A stretch of DNA of 64,000 nt from Eledone cirrhosa. Lineage: Eukaryota. Location of the stretch: NCBI GenBank assembly GCA_964016885.1, contig OZ024743.1, forward strand, positions 30,504,001 to 30,568,000. Direction: 5' to 3'. Both the position numbers and the translations under genes were made by a program. The stretch's first letter is position 1. Every line of letters starts with the position of its first letter. Under the pieces are notes generated by a model. It made no database searches, was not told the origin of the DNA, and saw nothing but the letters and a program-made list of their open reading frames with translations. Positions 14,277-28,920 of the stretch are shown here, in pieces.

Positions 14277-14440
14277 TCAAGTAAGAATATTTTCGAAACA
14301 GTGAGTGGGTTTGAAATTATTAGAAATGTAAGCTATCGCCGTATTATGACTAAAGAAATTAAAGAAATTATTTAGCCTTATATTGGGGTTAAGAACCCTC
14401 GGAGAAATGGAAAAAGTTGAGTATTGACGTACATGGGAGT
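14277..14440. repeat. Dispersed repeat homologous to 59080-59225 (probable pLTR remnant)
   Basis: CAAGTAAG..GAAACAGTGAG..GAACCCTC..ATGGAAAAAG.TGAGTATT..CGTACATG shared. Confidence 0.7.
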
Positions 14441-14453
14441 CGAACCCACACAC

Positions 14454-14487
<34 letters not shown>

Positions 14488-14535
14488 CTGTGTGTGTGTA
14501 CGTGTGTGTGTCTGTGGGGGTGGGGGTGGGGCGTC

Positions 14536-14868
14536 ATGGCCCACCTGGTTCCTTACCGCACTTCCTTTGTTATATATATTTTAACATATATAATTGAATA
14601 AACAAGAGAGATGAACACTGATGTAAACATACATGTGTTCGAATCGTAAGGACTAAAATTTGCTAGGGTGAAAAAATACTAACTACAGCAGTAAAGTTTG
14701 TTACACTTAACTTTAAGTTAAGGATAACAAATTATAACAAACGATTCGAACACATGTATGTTTATATCAGTGTTCATCTCTCTTGTTTATTCAAATATAT
14801 ATATTAATATATATAGGGCAACGAGATATAACAAATGAAGTGTGTAAAGGAACCAGGTGGGCCATAAC
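14536..14868. repeat. Nested inverted repeats (outer arms = end of the 42.8-kb Penelope pLTR; inner arms ~60 bp)
   Basis: ATGGCCCACCTGGTTCCTT..TTTGTTATAT versus its reverse complement at 14826-14866; inner TGAATAAACAAGAGAGATGAACACTGAT..TTCGAATCGT (14595-14647) versus ~14741-14793. Confidence 0.85.
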
Positions 14869-14879
14869 ACACACGCACA

Positions 14880-15008
<129 letters not shown>

Positions 15009-15199
15009 CGTTGGATTGATGTTTTTGAAAAAACTAATTAACCCACGTGTATATTATTTTCTTTTCTCGTGAATCGTGGTTGTCTCCCTTTCCCGCTTCG
15101 TGACGCTCTGATACTTCCTCAGTCAAAAGACTGCTGGCATTTCAAATTTGGCGGTCATTCGATGCGTGAAGGAGCAGCTTAGCAGACACGATTTTTAAC

Positions 15200-15540
15200 T
15201 GCGGTAAGAATTGTTTCGTATATCAAAGTTTAATGGGCTTTCATTGAAGATTTATAAGTGCCCACCTAAATATATTCTTACATGAATATGTGTTAGGCTT
15301 CTACATAAACTGGAAACATTCTCCCAATTTGTAGAAAACTTATAATGAAACAATTGTTTGGAAAGAGAGATATATTTTAACTTTAATTATATCTCATAAA
15401 ATAATACAACTGGCTTTCCACAAAATACATATAGTTAGCACCCCAAACACTTAAATTGGGTTTATACTAACATATAAACTAATGTTTGTTGAGTGAGATG
15501 GTTACCAGTCGGAGTTTAGCTTTAAGCTATCTCTGTTATT
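15200..15540 (-). pseudogene. Decayed Cys-loop receptor relic (late ECD-TM1); nucleotide paralog of 42930-43090
   Basis: LNSDW (~ENSEW), IYLFPNNCFIISFL..FPVYVE (~NLIFPCxLISFL..LPxE); DNA homology to 42940-43088. Confidence 0.4.
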
Positions 15541-15544
15541 GTAT

Positions 15545-15597
<53 letters not shown>

Positions 15598-15632
15598 GTA
15601 TATATATATATATATATACATACAGGCACACA

Positions 15633-16256
<624 letters not shown>

Positions 16257-16257
16257 A

Positions 16258-16662
16258 GAGGAAGTGTCGTGTGGTAAGGAACTAGTTGGGCCATAACGCA
16301 ACAGAGTACTTGATACTTTGGGTAGTAGAGTGGGTTATAGGAAAATGTTCAGGACACCGACGGCAGAGCTCAAGGGTATTCGACGGCTATTTCTGGACTC
16401 AGTCCAGAAATAACCATCGAAACGGCTTGAGCTCTGCTATCGAAGTCCTGAACCTTTTCCTATATATACATATTCTATATATAGGAAAAAGTATGACCCC
16501 AACGGCAGAGCTCAAGCCGTTTGACGGCTATTTCTGGACCAAACGGCTGCAGCTCTGCCGTCGGGGTCATACTTTTTCCTATTTCCCACTCTACTACCCT
16601 AGGTATTGAGTACTCTGCTGCGTTATGGTCCATCTGGTTCCTTACCACAATTTCTTTGTTAT
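16258..16662. mobile_element. Double hairpin made of Penelope pLTR pieces (40.7/42.7-kb family)
   Basis: Reverse/forward arms centred on CTGGACTCAGTCCAG (~16400) and a second pair centred ~16540; contains GAAACGGCTTGAGCTCTGC stem III half. Confidence 0.85.
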
Positions 16663-16680
16663 ATATTCCATATATATATA

Positions 16681-17720
16681 TATGGAAAATGAAATTTCAT
16701 TTCTTACTCTTAGTACAACTGATACTTAAATATAAGTATGTAAACGTACGTACATATATGTATACAGACGTACAGTAGTATGTATATATAAACATGCATG
16801 CACACATATATATATGTACGTATGGGTTTACCGAATATTTATTATAATATTCGGTTTGTTTGTAAACAAACAGCCCGAATTAAGCCGTACATTCTTCGGC
16901 AACCATCGTTGCCCTTTTGTTCAACACTGACAAAAGAACGATGAAACAGTTTCTAGCTTATTAGCTGTCAGCAGCATCTGTCAGTTGATTGGTTGTTTGA
17001 AAGTATATACTTTCCTTATGAATATTAACGGCTGAGCAGTCTAATTTGCATATCGACTGAGTTAGTCGGCCGGGCGTACCGAAAACGATAAATGGAAAAA
17101 ATAAAATGTCATTTCTAACTCTTAGTAGGCTAATACTTAAATATAAGTTTGTATACGTACATACATATATGTATACAGACAATTGAACATTATAATAAAT
17201 GTTCGGTAAACCCATACGTACATATATATTTGTGTGTATGTATGTATATTCATACTACTGTACGCCTGTATACACATATGTATGTACGTATACATACTTA
17301 TATTTAAGTATCAGCCGTACTAAGAGTAAGCAATGAAATTTTATTTTTTCCATTTATCGTTTTCGGTAGGCCCGGCCGACAAACTCACTCGACATGCAAA
17401 TTATGCTGCTCAGCCGTTAATATGCATAAGGAAAGTATATACTTTCAAGCGTCCAATCGACTGACAGGTATACGGTGTTGATGACAGCTAATAAGCTAAA
17501 AACTTGTTCATCGTTCCATTATCAGTGTTGAACAAAAGGGCAACGATGGTTGCCGAACATTGTACGGCTTAATTCGGGCTGTTTGTTTACAAACAAACCT
17601 CACATTATAATAAATGTTCGTTAAACCCATACGTCCATATATATATATATGTGTGCATGTATGTATATACATACTACTGCACGCCTGTATATATATATGT
17701 GTATGTACGTATACACACTT
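16681..17720. mobile_element. Retrozyme-like repeat copies B (-, 16681-17180) and C (+, 17187-17720), divergent inverted pair; ribozyme cores degenerate
   Basis: Same ~434-bp unit; cores at 16938-16980 (-) and 17472-17514 (+) have substitutions. Confidence 0.9.
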
Positions 17721-17739
17721 ATATATATAAATTTATATA

Positions 17740-17932
<193 letters not shown>

Positions 17933-17957
17933 TATATATATATATATATATATTTAT

Positions 17958-18070
17958 ATTAATAATAAATGTGAAGACTAACATCCGAAGAGGCCTCGAT
18001 ACACGTCTACAGATTGATTTTTCTTAATTTCTGCAGATCCCGTAAAAGGGTGAATGCAGCGAACTTAATA
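17958..18070. mobile_element. Inverted pLTR remnant of the 29-31 kb Penelope family with decayed hammerhead
   Basis: 17960-18000 is the reverse complement of 31432-31472; then CTGCAGA-T-CCC-GTAAAA-GGG-T-GAAT (cf. 31322). Confidence 0.7.
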
Positions 18071-18174
18071 TACATATATATATATATATACTTGTTTTGA
18101 CCTTTTGATTATTGGATTATAATTAAATCGGAGATTCATTTTTCGGTCCTGAAGCATCAAATATGAGGGTTTAC

Positions 18175-18776
18175 ATTCTGGGATCCCTTTGTCAAGCCTC
18201 CCCGGTAAAGTCCATGTTAAGAGTCAAATAAAGAGATGCAGAGAGATTACCGTGTCCAAGCTAGCTGATGAACAGTGCGGTTTCACCTGAGCGTAGCACA
18301 AACGACCAAAATTTCACACTGCTGCATGTATTCGAGAAATCGTAGGAGTATTGCTGAGAATTATATTCTTGTTTTGCCGAACTTGAGAAGGCAAATGACC
18401 ACGTTCCTTGGGATCTGCTGTGGAAGGCTATGCAGGAGGATAGGATTGATAGTCAGCTACTTGCTGCCCTGATGTCTCTATACGAATGCCAGAGTCGAAA
18501 CCAGTCAATGTAGGAATCGGACTCCGCCAAGGCTGCGTACTGTCAATTCTCCTGTTATTATCTACATGAACAGGAGTAACATGCGCTGCTGGGTTGGAAG
18601 AGTATCATGGCTGGTGGGTATAGAATCAGTCGGCTAGAATTTGTTTGTGGATCCAGACTGATTAGTTGGACCGCTGGAGGGAGTTTTTGAGGATTCATCC
18701 CAACAAGCCTCTGAAGAAGAAGAAGAAGAAGAAGAAGAAGAAGAAGAAGAAGAAGAAGAAGAAGAAGAAGAAGAAG
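18175..18776 (+). mobile_element. RTE-clade LINE RT fragment with (GAA)n tail
   Basis: SLPGKV..DEQCGF..RSTNDQ.FTL..GLRQGC motifs; homologous to 56314..56922; (GAA)n at 18712-18776. Confidence 0.8.
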
Positions 18777-20339
18777 CTTCTGGCCATTTCAAATGATGGA
18801 CATTTTGAGTACTTTTATATTTTCCATACGTTAAGCTGGTGCATCATTAATTTTAGTTGCCTATCATAATAGTTGACCATTATAAATCATTATAAATCAT
18901 AGTTAAGAAAATCTAGTAACATACTCCTGGAGATCGACAAATGTACACAAGAATCATGGGTGACGGGCGTGTGAGTGCCTTATTCTCTACGCCAAAGTAC
19001 AATGAAACACGATGCATGCTTAAACCTCAATTGACATTGAATCAACTTCGAACAAACCGTATGATGTTAATTCCTGCTGTCATCATGAATTATTTTTTGG
19101 TAATCTGTTTTACTAAACGGCCTTCTGGTTTGTAACATTCAATAATCATGTGTTAGGTGTTTTCTATACTTTGAATAAACCTTTTTAATCATGTTTGCCT
19201 GGTTGATATTTTTATCAATATACCGATCTCTTTTCTTCTTTTACACGTTAAAAGTGAGAGGTATAATAAACATTTTTACTCTTTTTTACCCGGTCTTCTG
19301 TGTGAGTTATTTGAAGTTCTGTGCTTTCAAATAATTGTCGATTAATTCTACAAACAATGAATATTTTCAGGACTAAACCAGTTTTACTGAAACTGAAAAC
19401 AAGTTTGATTCATTGAACGTTGATAAAACAAGGTGATGTGTTACAATATACCTCTATGTCGAAAACAATCAAAATTTTAATATAGCGATAATCGCAAGGA
19501 AGAATTAACTTTCAATTTAGAATCAATAAGGGCTTTATGCCTCAGGTAAAATAAGATCTTTGTGTTGAATATTGGATTGTTATACACATACAGAAATCCA
19601 TATTATATCATCCATTAATAATTTTAGGTAAATGAGACAACAATTACATAGATTAGAAGGGTGTGTCAAACTTATCAATATGCAGTCGATATATGTGTAG
19701 ATAAGCAACAGTGAAATGGTTCTATCACATTTTGTCATCGTGAATTGGTAATCAGGACTACACACAGATATTTACATCGCATATGACTCAGTGTATTTAG
19801 CTGCTTATTGAGAACGTTAAAGCTGAAAGAAATCTTTGTTCGCTTTCATAGACTATTGCCTTCTAATTAAAACTCTGTATCGCCTCATGGCGTCAACAGA
19901 TATGCGTAATATTTAATTAGAAATGGTCTAAATTCTGTTCGTATTACATATGTATAAACATTTTTGTGTGGGGCCATATTGCCCCAGAACTCAGTTAAAC
20001 ATTAATATATGAGGGCTTAATAATCGGGAATGATGGGCCGGAAAACTCTCACAAAATATATGTACATTTAATAGCCTATTACATATCTACGCAATAGTAT
20101 TTGTTACACTGTTAATTGTTTTTTGCTTGCTTTACTATTAGTGGTGCATGTCAAAGAGCAGTACCGTCTATCCTAGCGAATGGAAAACGTTTTAATGAAC
20201 CAAACATTGCGTGTTAAATTCCTGACTAAAGCATTGCGTTTTGAGTTAGGCACTTCTTATTAGCATATAATTCTACTGCAATTTCTATTGACTATGTTAT
20301 TAAGATAGAGATGTGCTTCTTATAGTGATATCCATTTTA

Positions 20340-21060
20340 TTTGGATAGACGAAAACGTGTTATTTTATACGAATAATACATAATTCAACTGGCAATTTCT
20401 CTCCCCAGTAATCAATATGCATTATGACAAGGCAAACCTTTTTATGGGGAATGTAAAGGAAATGATTCACTGGAACTGTTAACTCATAATTAACATAATA
20501 TGTACTGCTTTCTATTTTCCTTCTGCCAAAAATAACAAGTCTCCTTTTCGAAAGTTTAAATATATTTCTGGGCAGAATTTGCGAGCAGAACCACGCGGCA
20601 GAATACCCAGCTGTAGGCCCCATGCAAGTTGGCTAGATAACATCTATTAACTTGTCTACTTTCGCATTTGGATCAAGCCGTATTAATTTAAGAACTTTGT
20701 GTCTGACAACACACGCTGGAAGGTATGTTAGACGAATAGATGGCGAAGTAGGAAAAGAAGAGTTTCCTTCATATAGCAAAGCTGCCTAGTCAGAGTTTTC
20801 TTAGTTCACACAACATATGTATGTATTGTTTGGGAAATATGATGACGACACTGCTATGACCAATACTTTTAGCGACGTTGCTCGACTATGAGCTGCCTTG
20901 GTAACACAAATATTTCTTTACATATAGTTTTGAATTGCATATTACAACACTTAAAATAAATATATTCTATCGATGTTAACCAGCTAATCACATCATGCAT
21001 TCTCAAGCTAGTCAGTTCATACTTAACACGAATGAGTAGATCTCCCAGAAACATGTTTCA
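20340..21060 (-). pseudogene. Decayed intronless Cys-loop receptor relic
   Basis: IRVKYELTSL..SWL..FVLPRQLI (ECD, ORF 20869..21054), QTQSSxI..xS..QVN (~DTQxC..WS), STYYVNYELTVPV and LVIMHIDYWGEKL (~TM1, DSGEKL; ORF 20360..20623), collinear. Confidence 0.55.
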
Positions 21061-22188
21061 ATGGGGATCTAAATTCCTAGCATTTTTTCATGACACACAC
21101 ACGTAATACAAACATAATTTAAAGAAACGATCTATGATAAACTCTTTCTTCGCATAAATGATACTCAAATGAATAGCTCAGCTATTTAGAAATATATTAC
21201 ATCTAGGTACTCTAAAGTTATGATCACACTTTGTAATTAATAGAATACTATTTCCGAACAAGTATATGATGTAGGTATAATCCGTTTTTGATTATGTACA
21301 GATATGAAATGAACAGTTAGTGTTTAAATACACCACATGCTGCTGTAGTTTTTCATGCAGGTACACTAAGCCAACAATCTGACAGAATACTTTAAATACT
21401 TTTTGTAACGCGTTGTTTAACCATATTATAACGAATTTTTTCAAGTAATAACAACATACAACAATAAAAACATGTACTGTCTCGATCCTCTAGGCCGTGT
21501 TCTACCTAATATAGAAACATGCCACTACACATGAATCTCCTCTTACTGATTCATCTGGAGCGTATACATTTGTCATCTTTTACGTGTTGCTGTCGAGGAA
21601 TAATGATGAATTTTGAACTAACACCAGCGTAATAGGTCTCACATGTATGTAAACAAATAGATTTATCACGAAACTTCCTAGATTCAAAGATGGCCCTATA
21701 GTAAATAAATTTATAACAGCCATGTCGATCACTGAATCATAATTGAGGCAGCAGAGTATATTTGTTATAGTGGAGGACTGTGATGGAGTGAAAACCTGTT
21801 ATATATTACATGTACAGTTTGTATTTTTTTCGACTCCGAAAACGTGAAACATCTTGCTGAATAAGAGAGGAGTACTGTTGAATGATGCATGAATTTGTCT
21901 CGATTTTTCTATGTTTACTCAGAAGGCAACACAATTAAAATTGTTTTTGTTAATTTTCTTTTCTTTTATTAAACATGTTATTAGAGCGCAACAAACTTGC
22001 GGCATATTTTTGATAATCGTTTTAATAATAATCAAAGTCACCATAATATCTGTAATAATTTGCAGAGTGTTGACTGGATGAGTAATGGGTGTATTGATAT
22101 TTATTAAATTTACTAATTTCAAATATGTCTTTCTCTAATATATTGTATTTGGAAACTTTTGTCACAGGACACATATAACTTCAGTGAG

Positions 22189-23385
22189 TATTGGTTTGAC
22201 CAAAACGTCCGTTCGGTTTTCGCCAAAACTAAACCCCAGGCGCTCACATAGTTGCGACAATTATATTTTCCTTCCCATTATGTATGCGTTAGATACGTAA
22301 CGTTTTGAAGTAGTTCGTAGCGAAAACCCTACGAAATTGGTTATGTTCTGAGCGTTTCTCTTAACTCTCAAAATGGAGAACTAAAATGAACAGGATAATA
22401 TTTTTGTATTTTAAAATAAATGGTAAGCATTAGACACTTGGAGGAACATATGCGTGGTGTACAGGGACGATGCTGTTACAGAACGTGTATGCAAGAAGAA
22501 AATTTCAAGATATCGATCGGGAAATTCGTCGATTGAAGATGCAACTCTATCTGGACAGCCAACTGTGGTTAACAATGACCAGCGGAAGGAGTTAGTCGAC
22601 ATTTACTACCGACATACAACCATGTAGACTGCAAATATTATTTGGATATCCAAATCAAGTGTTGAAACCATCTGCATAAATTGGTTACGTCGATGTTTGG
22701 GTTCCACATGAATTTTAATGAAGCCAGATTTACCCAATCGATTTCCATTTGCGCTTCGTTGCTTAAACGTGAAGAGAAATATCACATTTTGAAGGAAACG
22801 GTAACTGGAGGAACAGGCGCCCCGAACCCCCACAAACAGCCTCCAATGCAGGACTTCATTCAAAGAAGATTATGCTTTCAATTTGTGGGGATTGGAATGA
22901 CATAGCCTTTTACGAGCCTTTCCTCACAAACAGAACCATCTCTACTGATGTATACTGTGAACAGCTGGATACATAAAGGACTGAGATTCGCCAAGATTCT
23001 CCAGAACCTGTTAAGCGAAAGGATACTGTCTTTTATCGAGACAATGACTGACCACACACTTTATTGAAGACTTTATTCATTACTTGGGTTTGATTGGGAA
23101 GTGTTGACTCACCCTCCATTTTCCCACATCTTTAAATTTCCCCCTGTTTCCATCTCTTTAAAATTCTTTGAATGGAGAGACCTATAATTCTTCAGATGAT
23201 GTGAACATTTATTTAGAAGAGTTCGTCGTCAGCATAAACAGCAAGTTCTTTGAACAGGGAATAATGGATCTAGCTAGTAGATTGCGAAAGATACTGGAAC
23301 GAAATGGAAAATATATTATTGATTGAATAAATTGCTTTGGGTTAAAACTGTCGCATTTCACGAACGGGAAGTTTAGCCAAACATA
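22189..23385 (+). mobile_element. Mariner (Tc1/mariner) transposon, decayed
   Basis: TA + degenerate TIRs (TTGGTTTGACCAAAACGTCCGTTCG / CGAACGGGAAGTTTAGCCAAACA); transposase motifs DDAVTERVC..SGNSSIEDA, DVWVPHE, HPPFS, FFEQGIMDLASR..NGKYIID*. Confidence 0.9.
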
Positions 23386-23849
23386 TGCAATAGCTAATTG
23401 TCGAATACTGCTTCAGCTTGCTATGAAATGTTATGAAGCCACACAGCAACCCTTCACTCTGTATTAAGAAAGTTTGAATTACTACCTGCCTCAAGATGCT
23501 TATAAAGAACTATACTTAATCAAAATGAGATTATTCGTGTATCCCGCTACCATTTCACTCAAACAATAACCGTTTTTTTTTAAAGTATAATTAATTAGGT
23601 ACACCCATTATTCATAGGTAAGTTACAAACGCTACGTATTTATGACTAGCATTCCTTGTTATTCATATGCTATGTATGATGGTAAGAGATAAACTTCTCT
23701 CACCATAACGATATATTTCCATGTTTTAACAGGTAAACATTGTGTGGATATTTAAACGAAATGAAAAAAAAATTGAAAAGTCTTCATCATATCATGAATT
23801 GATATCCTACAAACAGCAACAATAACAAAGAAAAACAAGTACACTTAAA

Positions 23850-24550
23850 ATAGACAGGAAAAATGGATCGTTTACGCTGATATGCCTTTAATCATATATC
23901 TGACCGCCCAGATCTTTGCTGGGCTAATTACCAATAATAACAGCACACAAAAAAGCAATATATAATTCCAGTTATCTGAAAAGAACAGGTTTTACGATTG
24001 AAGTGTTTTATGCGTTGAAACAAAAGATGGATAGAGCTAGGATATGAACTGTTTACAAATTCATGTTAATGCACTAATGCTCCACTAATTATGCCAGCAG
24101 CTTACCGTGGTCGATATAAAGATAATTCCTGATAAAATATACATAAATATCAGAATTGTTTACAACGAAACGTTGATAATATAAGGACCATTTAATACTT
24201 CTAAATATTTTACAGCTATTTAGCCGAACCAAATATAATTATAGATTTACCGAAGAAAAACATTAATGGGTTAAAGGTCATTTGCTAGATACAAAACCTG
24301 GTTCATTATCAAGTACGACAGATCATCTGTGGTCTATCAAATATATACAGAGGGAGATGTAATACTGCTGTCTTTATTGCAATTAATGAATCTTGATAAA
24401 ATCGCAGATTATGGGAACATATAGTCTTCTACTCCTTCTATAATGCTGGATAGATTCCAGCGATATACACCAGATGTTGTATATTCCGTGAGGAATATTG
24501 CAACAAATCATATTATAGGAGTTGCTATGATGTTGTTTATCTGTAGATTA
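23850..24550 (+). pseudogene. Decayed Cys-loop receptor relic
   Basis: ATC-TGA-c-CGC-CCA-GAT-CTT (~IWRPDL..N) at ~23898; VILLSLLQLMNLDKIADYGNI (~VILLSLL..LPADSGEK) at ~24360. Confidence 0.5.
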
Positions 24551-24715
24551 TACGACATAACCTGAAATAAAGATCAGCATGATTGTATGATTATATAATG
24601 AAACAACACTTTATATAGTAGAACAAAATATTATTGAATATATATGAAAAACTAACACATGCTCACACATACAAGATAATTCCATATCTACGGATAATAA
24701 AACATATACGAATAC

Positions 24716-24817
24716 AACAGATTAAAGTTTAAGCAAAAAAAAATCGCTGCTGTCACACTTAACGGGATCTTCTAAAGATCCCGTTAAGGGTGAAAGCAGC
24801 GATTCTTTGATCAAACA
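24716..24817. mobile_element. Palindromic pair of hammerhead halves from the 31.3-kb pLTR
   Basis: AAGATCCCGTTAAGGGTGAAAGCAGCGATT preceded by its own near reverse complement. Confidence 0.8.
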
Positions 24818-24989
24818 TTCCACGGATAATTTACGCCCCCCTAGTTAAAGAATGGCACAGCATCATCAGAATGGCCAATGGTCAAGAGTTAAGGAGAAAT
24901 TTAGCTGTCACAGACTTTCAGACTCTCATAATTTCTGATCAGTGAATAAAACAATCAATATTTTCACTTCATGATCTACCTAAATAGGG

Positions 24990-25900
24990 TAAATAGCTCC
25001 ATAGTCGCCGTTGTTACAAGCATTGATTCTTTTGAAATCAACTAATATCTCCCGGAAATCAACAACAGCAAAATAATGCAAACAACTCCGGTGGCGATGA
25101 TAATGGAATATCAACAAATTCGGAGACGTTGAAAGAGAAAATATAAATAGAGAAAACAACCAAAAGTTAGAACAGCAACACATTCAACAGTTAGTTCAAG
25201 AGCAAAACTAAAAAGTGTACACTGGCTATTGACTTGAAGGCTTGTAATAATAGTGTATACCGTCGATGAAACTATAAACATAAAAAAGAATTATCCACTA
25301 ATGTTATTATACATTAACCGAAGAAAAGAAAAGAGTAAGGCCGTGCTCTAAGTAAAATACGTATATGACTTGAAGTATGCCACTACACATACACGCACTT
25401 ACACACACGTACAGACACATATACGCAGAGAAAAATACACACTCACACGGAGACACATACATATACACCCATGTGTGTTTGCGTTCATGTGTGTATACCT
25501 TTTTGCATGCATGTGTGTGCATGTAGTTTTGTATATACAAGAAGTACAAGTATAAACGAATATATATACAGTCCGTATTTGTATGGTAACAAATCTCAAT
25601 CGATTGAAACCATCGTCGCAATTTCAAGATCGGAATACCGATTAAGTTTGGACAAATTTACAGAAAATAGCAAGGGTGAAAGTTCATACAGCCTGAACTG
25701 ATCCTAGTTGCAGCCGGACTGGATCTTGTCTATAAGCCAACATGTCGAATCCAAAACATATGTTGTGAGTCAATCTCCCTCACCCAAACATGTTAATGAA
25801 CTAAACTGAAATTGTCGTATATAGGAAAGTTAAAAGATATAGTGCATTGGTTATGTGTATCAATAGGCTCGAAAACCATAGACACATGCGTGAAATAGTT
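24990..25900 (+). pseudogene. Decayed Cys-loop receptor relic
   Basis: WR**WNINKFGDV (~WxDxxLxWNxxxFGxV), SVHWL..TVDET..YP, LSLDKFTENS (~IDLxxFxENS), YVV..P..ESxKI; collinear but very degraded. Confidence 0.4.
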
Positions 25901-26619
25901 TACTATGAGTAGAACTTTAAAGTTCGAATATGCTGGGTGTGATGATCGACAGATACACTCTACAACATTTCAATTCTAAGCTTCAATTCTATATCATGCG
26001 AAGCATATGAAGGTGACTACACGTATGAACTGGGCTGCTCCAGGTCGTTTGGAATAGTTTAAGAGAAAAGAGTTAGCGCTTCATCTTAGTGAGCCAACAA
26101 GGAGGGAGGGCGCACGTACATCTCCCCAGCATAACATATTCTTTCAGCAAGATATCTAGACTAGAAGTGTCTATATCCAAGGTTACTGATTAATGTATAA
26201 ATTTAATGTATAAATTTAATTTATAGCTCTCCTCTCCCAGGTATTTCCACCTCTACAATTTGTTGTTTGGTCTCCAATTCCATCTTTCTACCCATTTTGA
26301 AGACGCTTTGCTAATGATGCGTCATTCAAATAGTATATTACCCGCTCGATAACCGAACCAGAGATATGTGACGATCGTGTCATAGTAACAGTTCATATAT
26401 ATTAGCTTACCTGTTTTTTAATACAGACAGCACAATTTGTAATACATGTCGAACAACCATTCATTTCCTATTACTATATACTCAACATACCTAATTACAA
26501 TGTTTCGTGTTAAATGCGTGCACATATTAAGGAATTAACGAAATGGTGTGAGTGAAATTATACTTTGAATTCAATACAGTTTTCTAACTGTTTCGGAAGT
26601 TTGAGAATATGTATAAATC

Positions 26620-27070
26620 ATTAGATGATGCTATTTCTTATAGACCATCGTTTGATATCTATTCAACATGAGGTTACTAAAATGTAGATCACCGACATGC
26701 CCTAAAATATTCCAATGATAAAACAGAAATGTTTCAAAGTTAATCATTAAGAACTTTACGTGATGTCGGGTGAATGTATTTCTAGGTCCCAGCAATATCC
26801 TCAGCAAATTTTTCACTTGTTCACTTGTAAAGATGTATATTTCTTTAATGACACTTCTTGATAGAAAGGTTGTGATTGCATATAAATACTGCACTCTTTG
26901 ACAAAAAACATATTTGACGGACAACATATGCTCTGAGATATGTTGCACTCCAATACAGTTTTGTTTCACACGAGATTACCACTGATTTAGCAAATACATA
27001 ATCAAAAGCATGCTTGCTAACTCCATCTGATCTTTTAAAATAAACCAATAATATGTCATTCAATTTCTTC
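26620..27070 (-). pseudogene. Decayed Cys-loop receptor relic
   Basis: NDILLV (~PDILL), VVISCETKLYWS (~VxVxxxGxVxW), MLSVKYVF..VQ (~Cys-loop DVKYFPFDxQ), FLMIN. Confidence 0.35.
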
Positions 27071-27099
27071 GTCGGTTAAGACATGCCTTTTTTTTAATT

Positions 27100-27690
27100 T
27101 TATTTTAAAGACATTTCAGTGATATTTCTAAACGGTGAAGCACTCTGGTAGCGATATCCTTCAGCTGAATAATGATTCTTGGTGAATTCCACATCGATCT
27201 GTCACGAGAATCATTCATTAATTTTATTTTTAAATTAGCTGTATACAGTGCAAGTGACAGGAGATGATTAATGAAGTCTGCAGTTTTATGCAAATATGTC
27301 GTCTATTTAACCAATATTAACTTCCATGAAAATGTGTTATAGCGGTCCTATACAAGTAAATTAACCAAAAGGAATTTTGCTCTCATTTCTCCTGAGTCGA
27401 TAGCGCATGTCATCGCATTGATATTTAATGAGCTTTTCCACTTAAATACCCGTATTTATTTCGTCAGTATGAAAGGAAATTATCATTTGAATGTTCTCCA
27501 AATATTGTAATTTGTGAAAACAGCTTCATCATGAGAATGATCTTCATCATTTACATCATTGGCAACCTTCTTTTCTCTCTTATCATGATCGCCTCTCATC
27601 ATCTTCTGCATCATTTCCACATTAATATCGTAGATAATATAATAGTAATGCTAGCCCCATTTTATATGGCGTGCTTGAAACCCCGAGAGA

Positions 27691-27760
<70 letters not shown>

Positions 27761-27766
27761 ACCCAC

Positions 27767-27823
<57 letters not shown>

Positions 27824-28330
27824 CGTTATTCCGGGTTGAATCGGAGGTAACCAAAGTAAGTAAGGTACTCAATACATTGCAGAGTATAAAAGTTTTAATA
27901 TAGATGAGATTCTACAGGACTAGAACTGTTTCATTCTTTAGAAATCATCAGGAATCATAAAGAATGAAACAGTTCTAGTCCTGTAGAATCTCATCTATAT
28001 ATATAGGTATTCGATATATGAATTCCCCGCCAATATGTTTCCAAGCAATGTTTCTACTGGTTTGAAGGGATACATTTATTTGTTGTTGAAAACATGACTA
28101 GAGAGGAATCCATGCACAAGCATGTTATTGTAAAGTTTGGATTTACCCGTAGATGAATAGGAGGTGCAGCTGTAACAGTAAGATCAGTCCATAATCTCAG
28201 GAACTATTGATAGTACAGTTTCTGATATTAAATAACCATTACCCATGTGACACCGTCTCCATCAAGATTAATGTATATAGTGAGCACGCTGAGATATTTT
28301 TTTTTACGTTCTCACGTTCATATCCTGTAT
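27100..28330 (-). pseudogene. Decayed Cys-loop receptor relic split by microsatellite and a ribozyme hairpin
   Basis: IYINLDGDGVTW (~28260), LLSLALY (TM2-like) and IATRVLHRL (TM3-end-like) in ORF 27105..27293. Confidence 0.4.
27908..27956 (-). ncRNA. Type I hammerhead ribozyme (core intact) within an inverted repeat 27898-28000
   Basis: Minus strand GATTC-CTGATGA-T-TTC-TAAA-GAA-T-GAAA-CAG-TTCTAGTC-CTG-TA-GAATC: stems I, II, III all pair; cleavage triplet GUA. Confidence 0.85.
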
Positions 28331-28403
28331 TTCATTAAGTATGTAAAAGAACGGCCGGGGCTATTCGATATTCGATACCTCTTTCAATTAGCTTCGTTAA
28401 CAA

Positions 28404-28911
<508 letters not shown>

Positions 28912-28920
28912 TTATTTATT

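Noticed and set aside
18666-18869. Poly-Lys ORF
   Set aside because: (GAA)n tail of an RTE element
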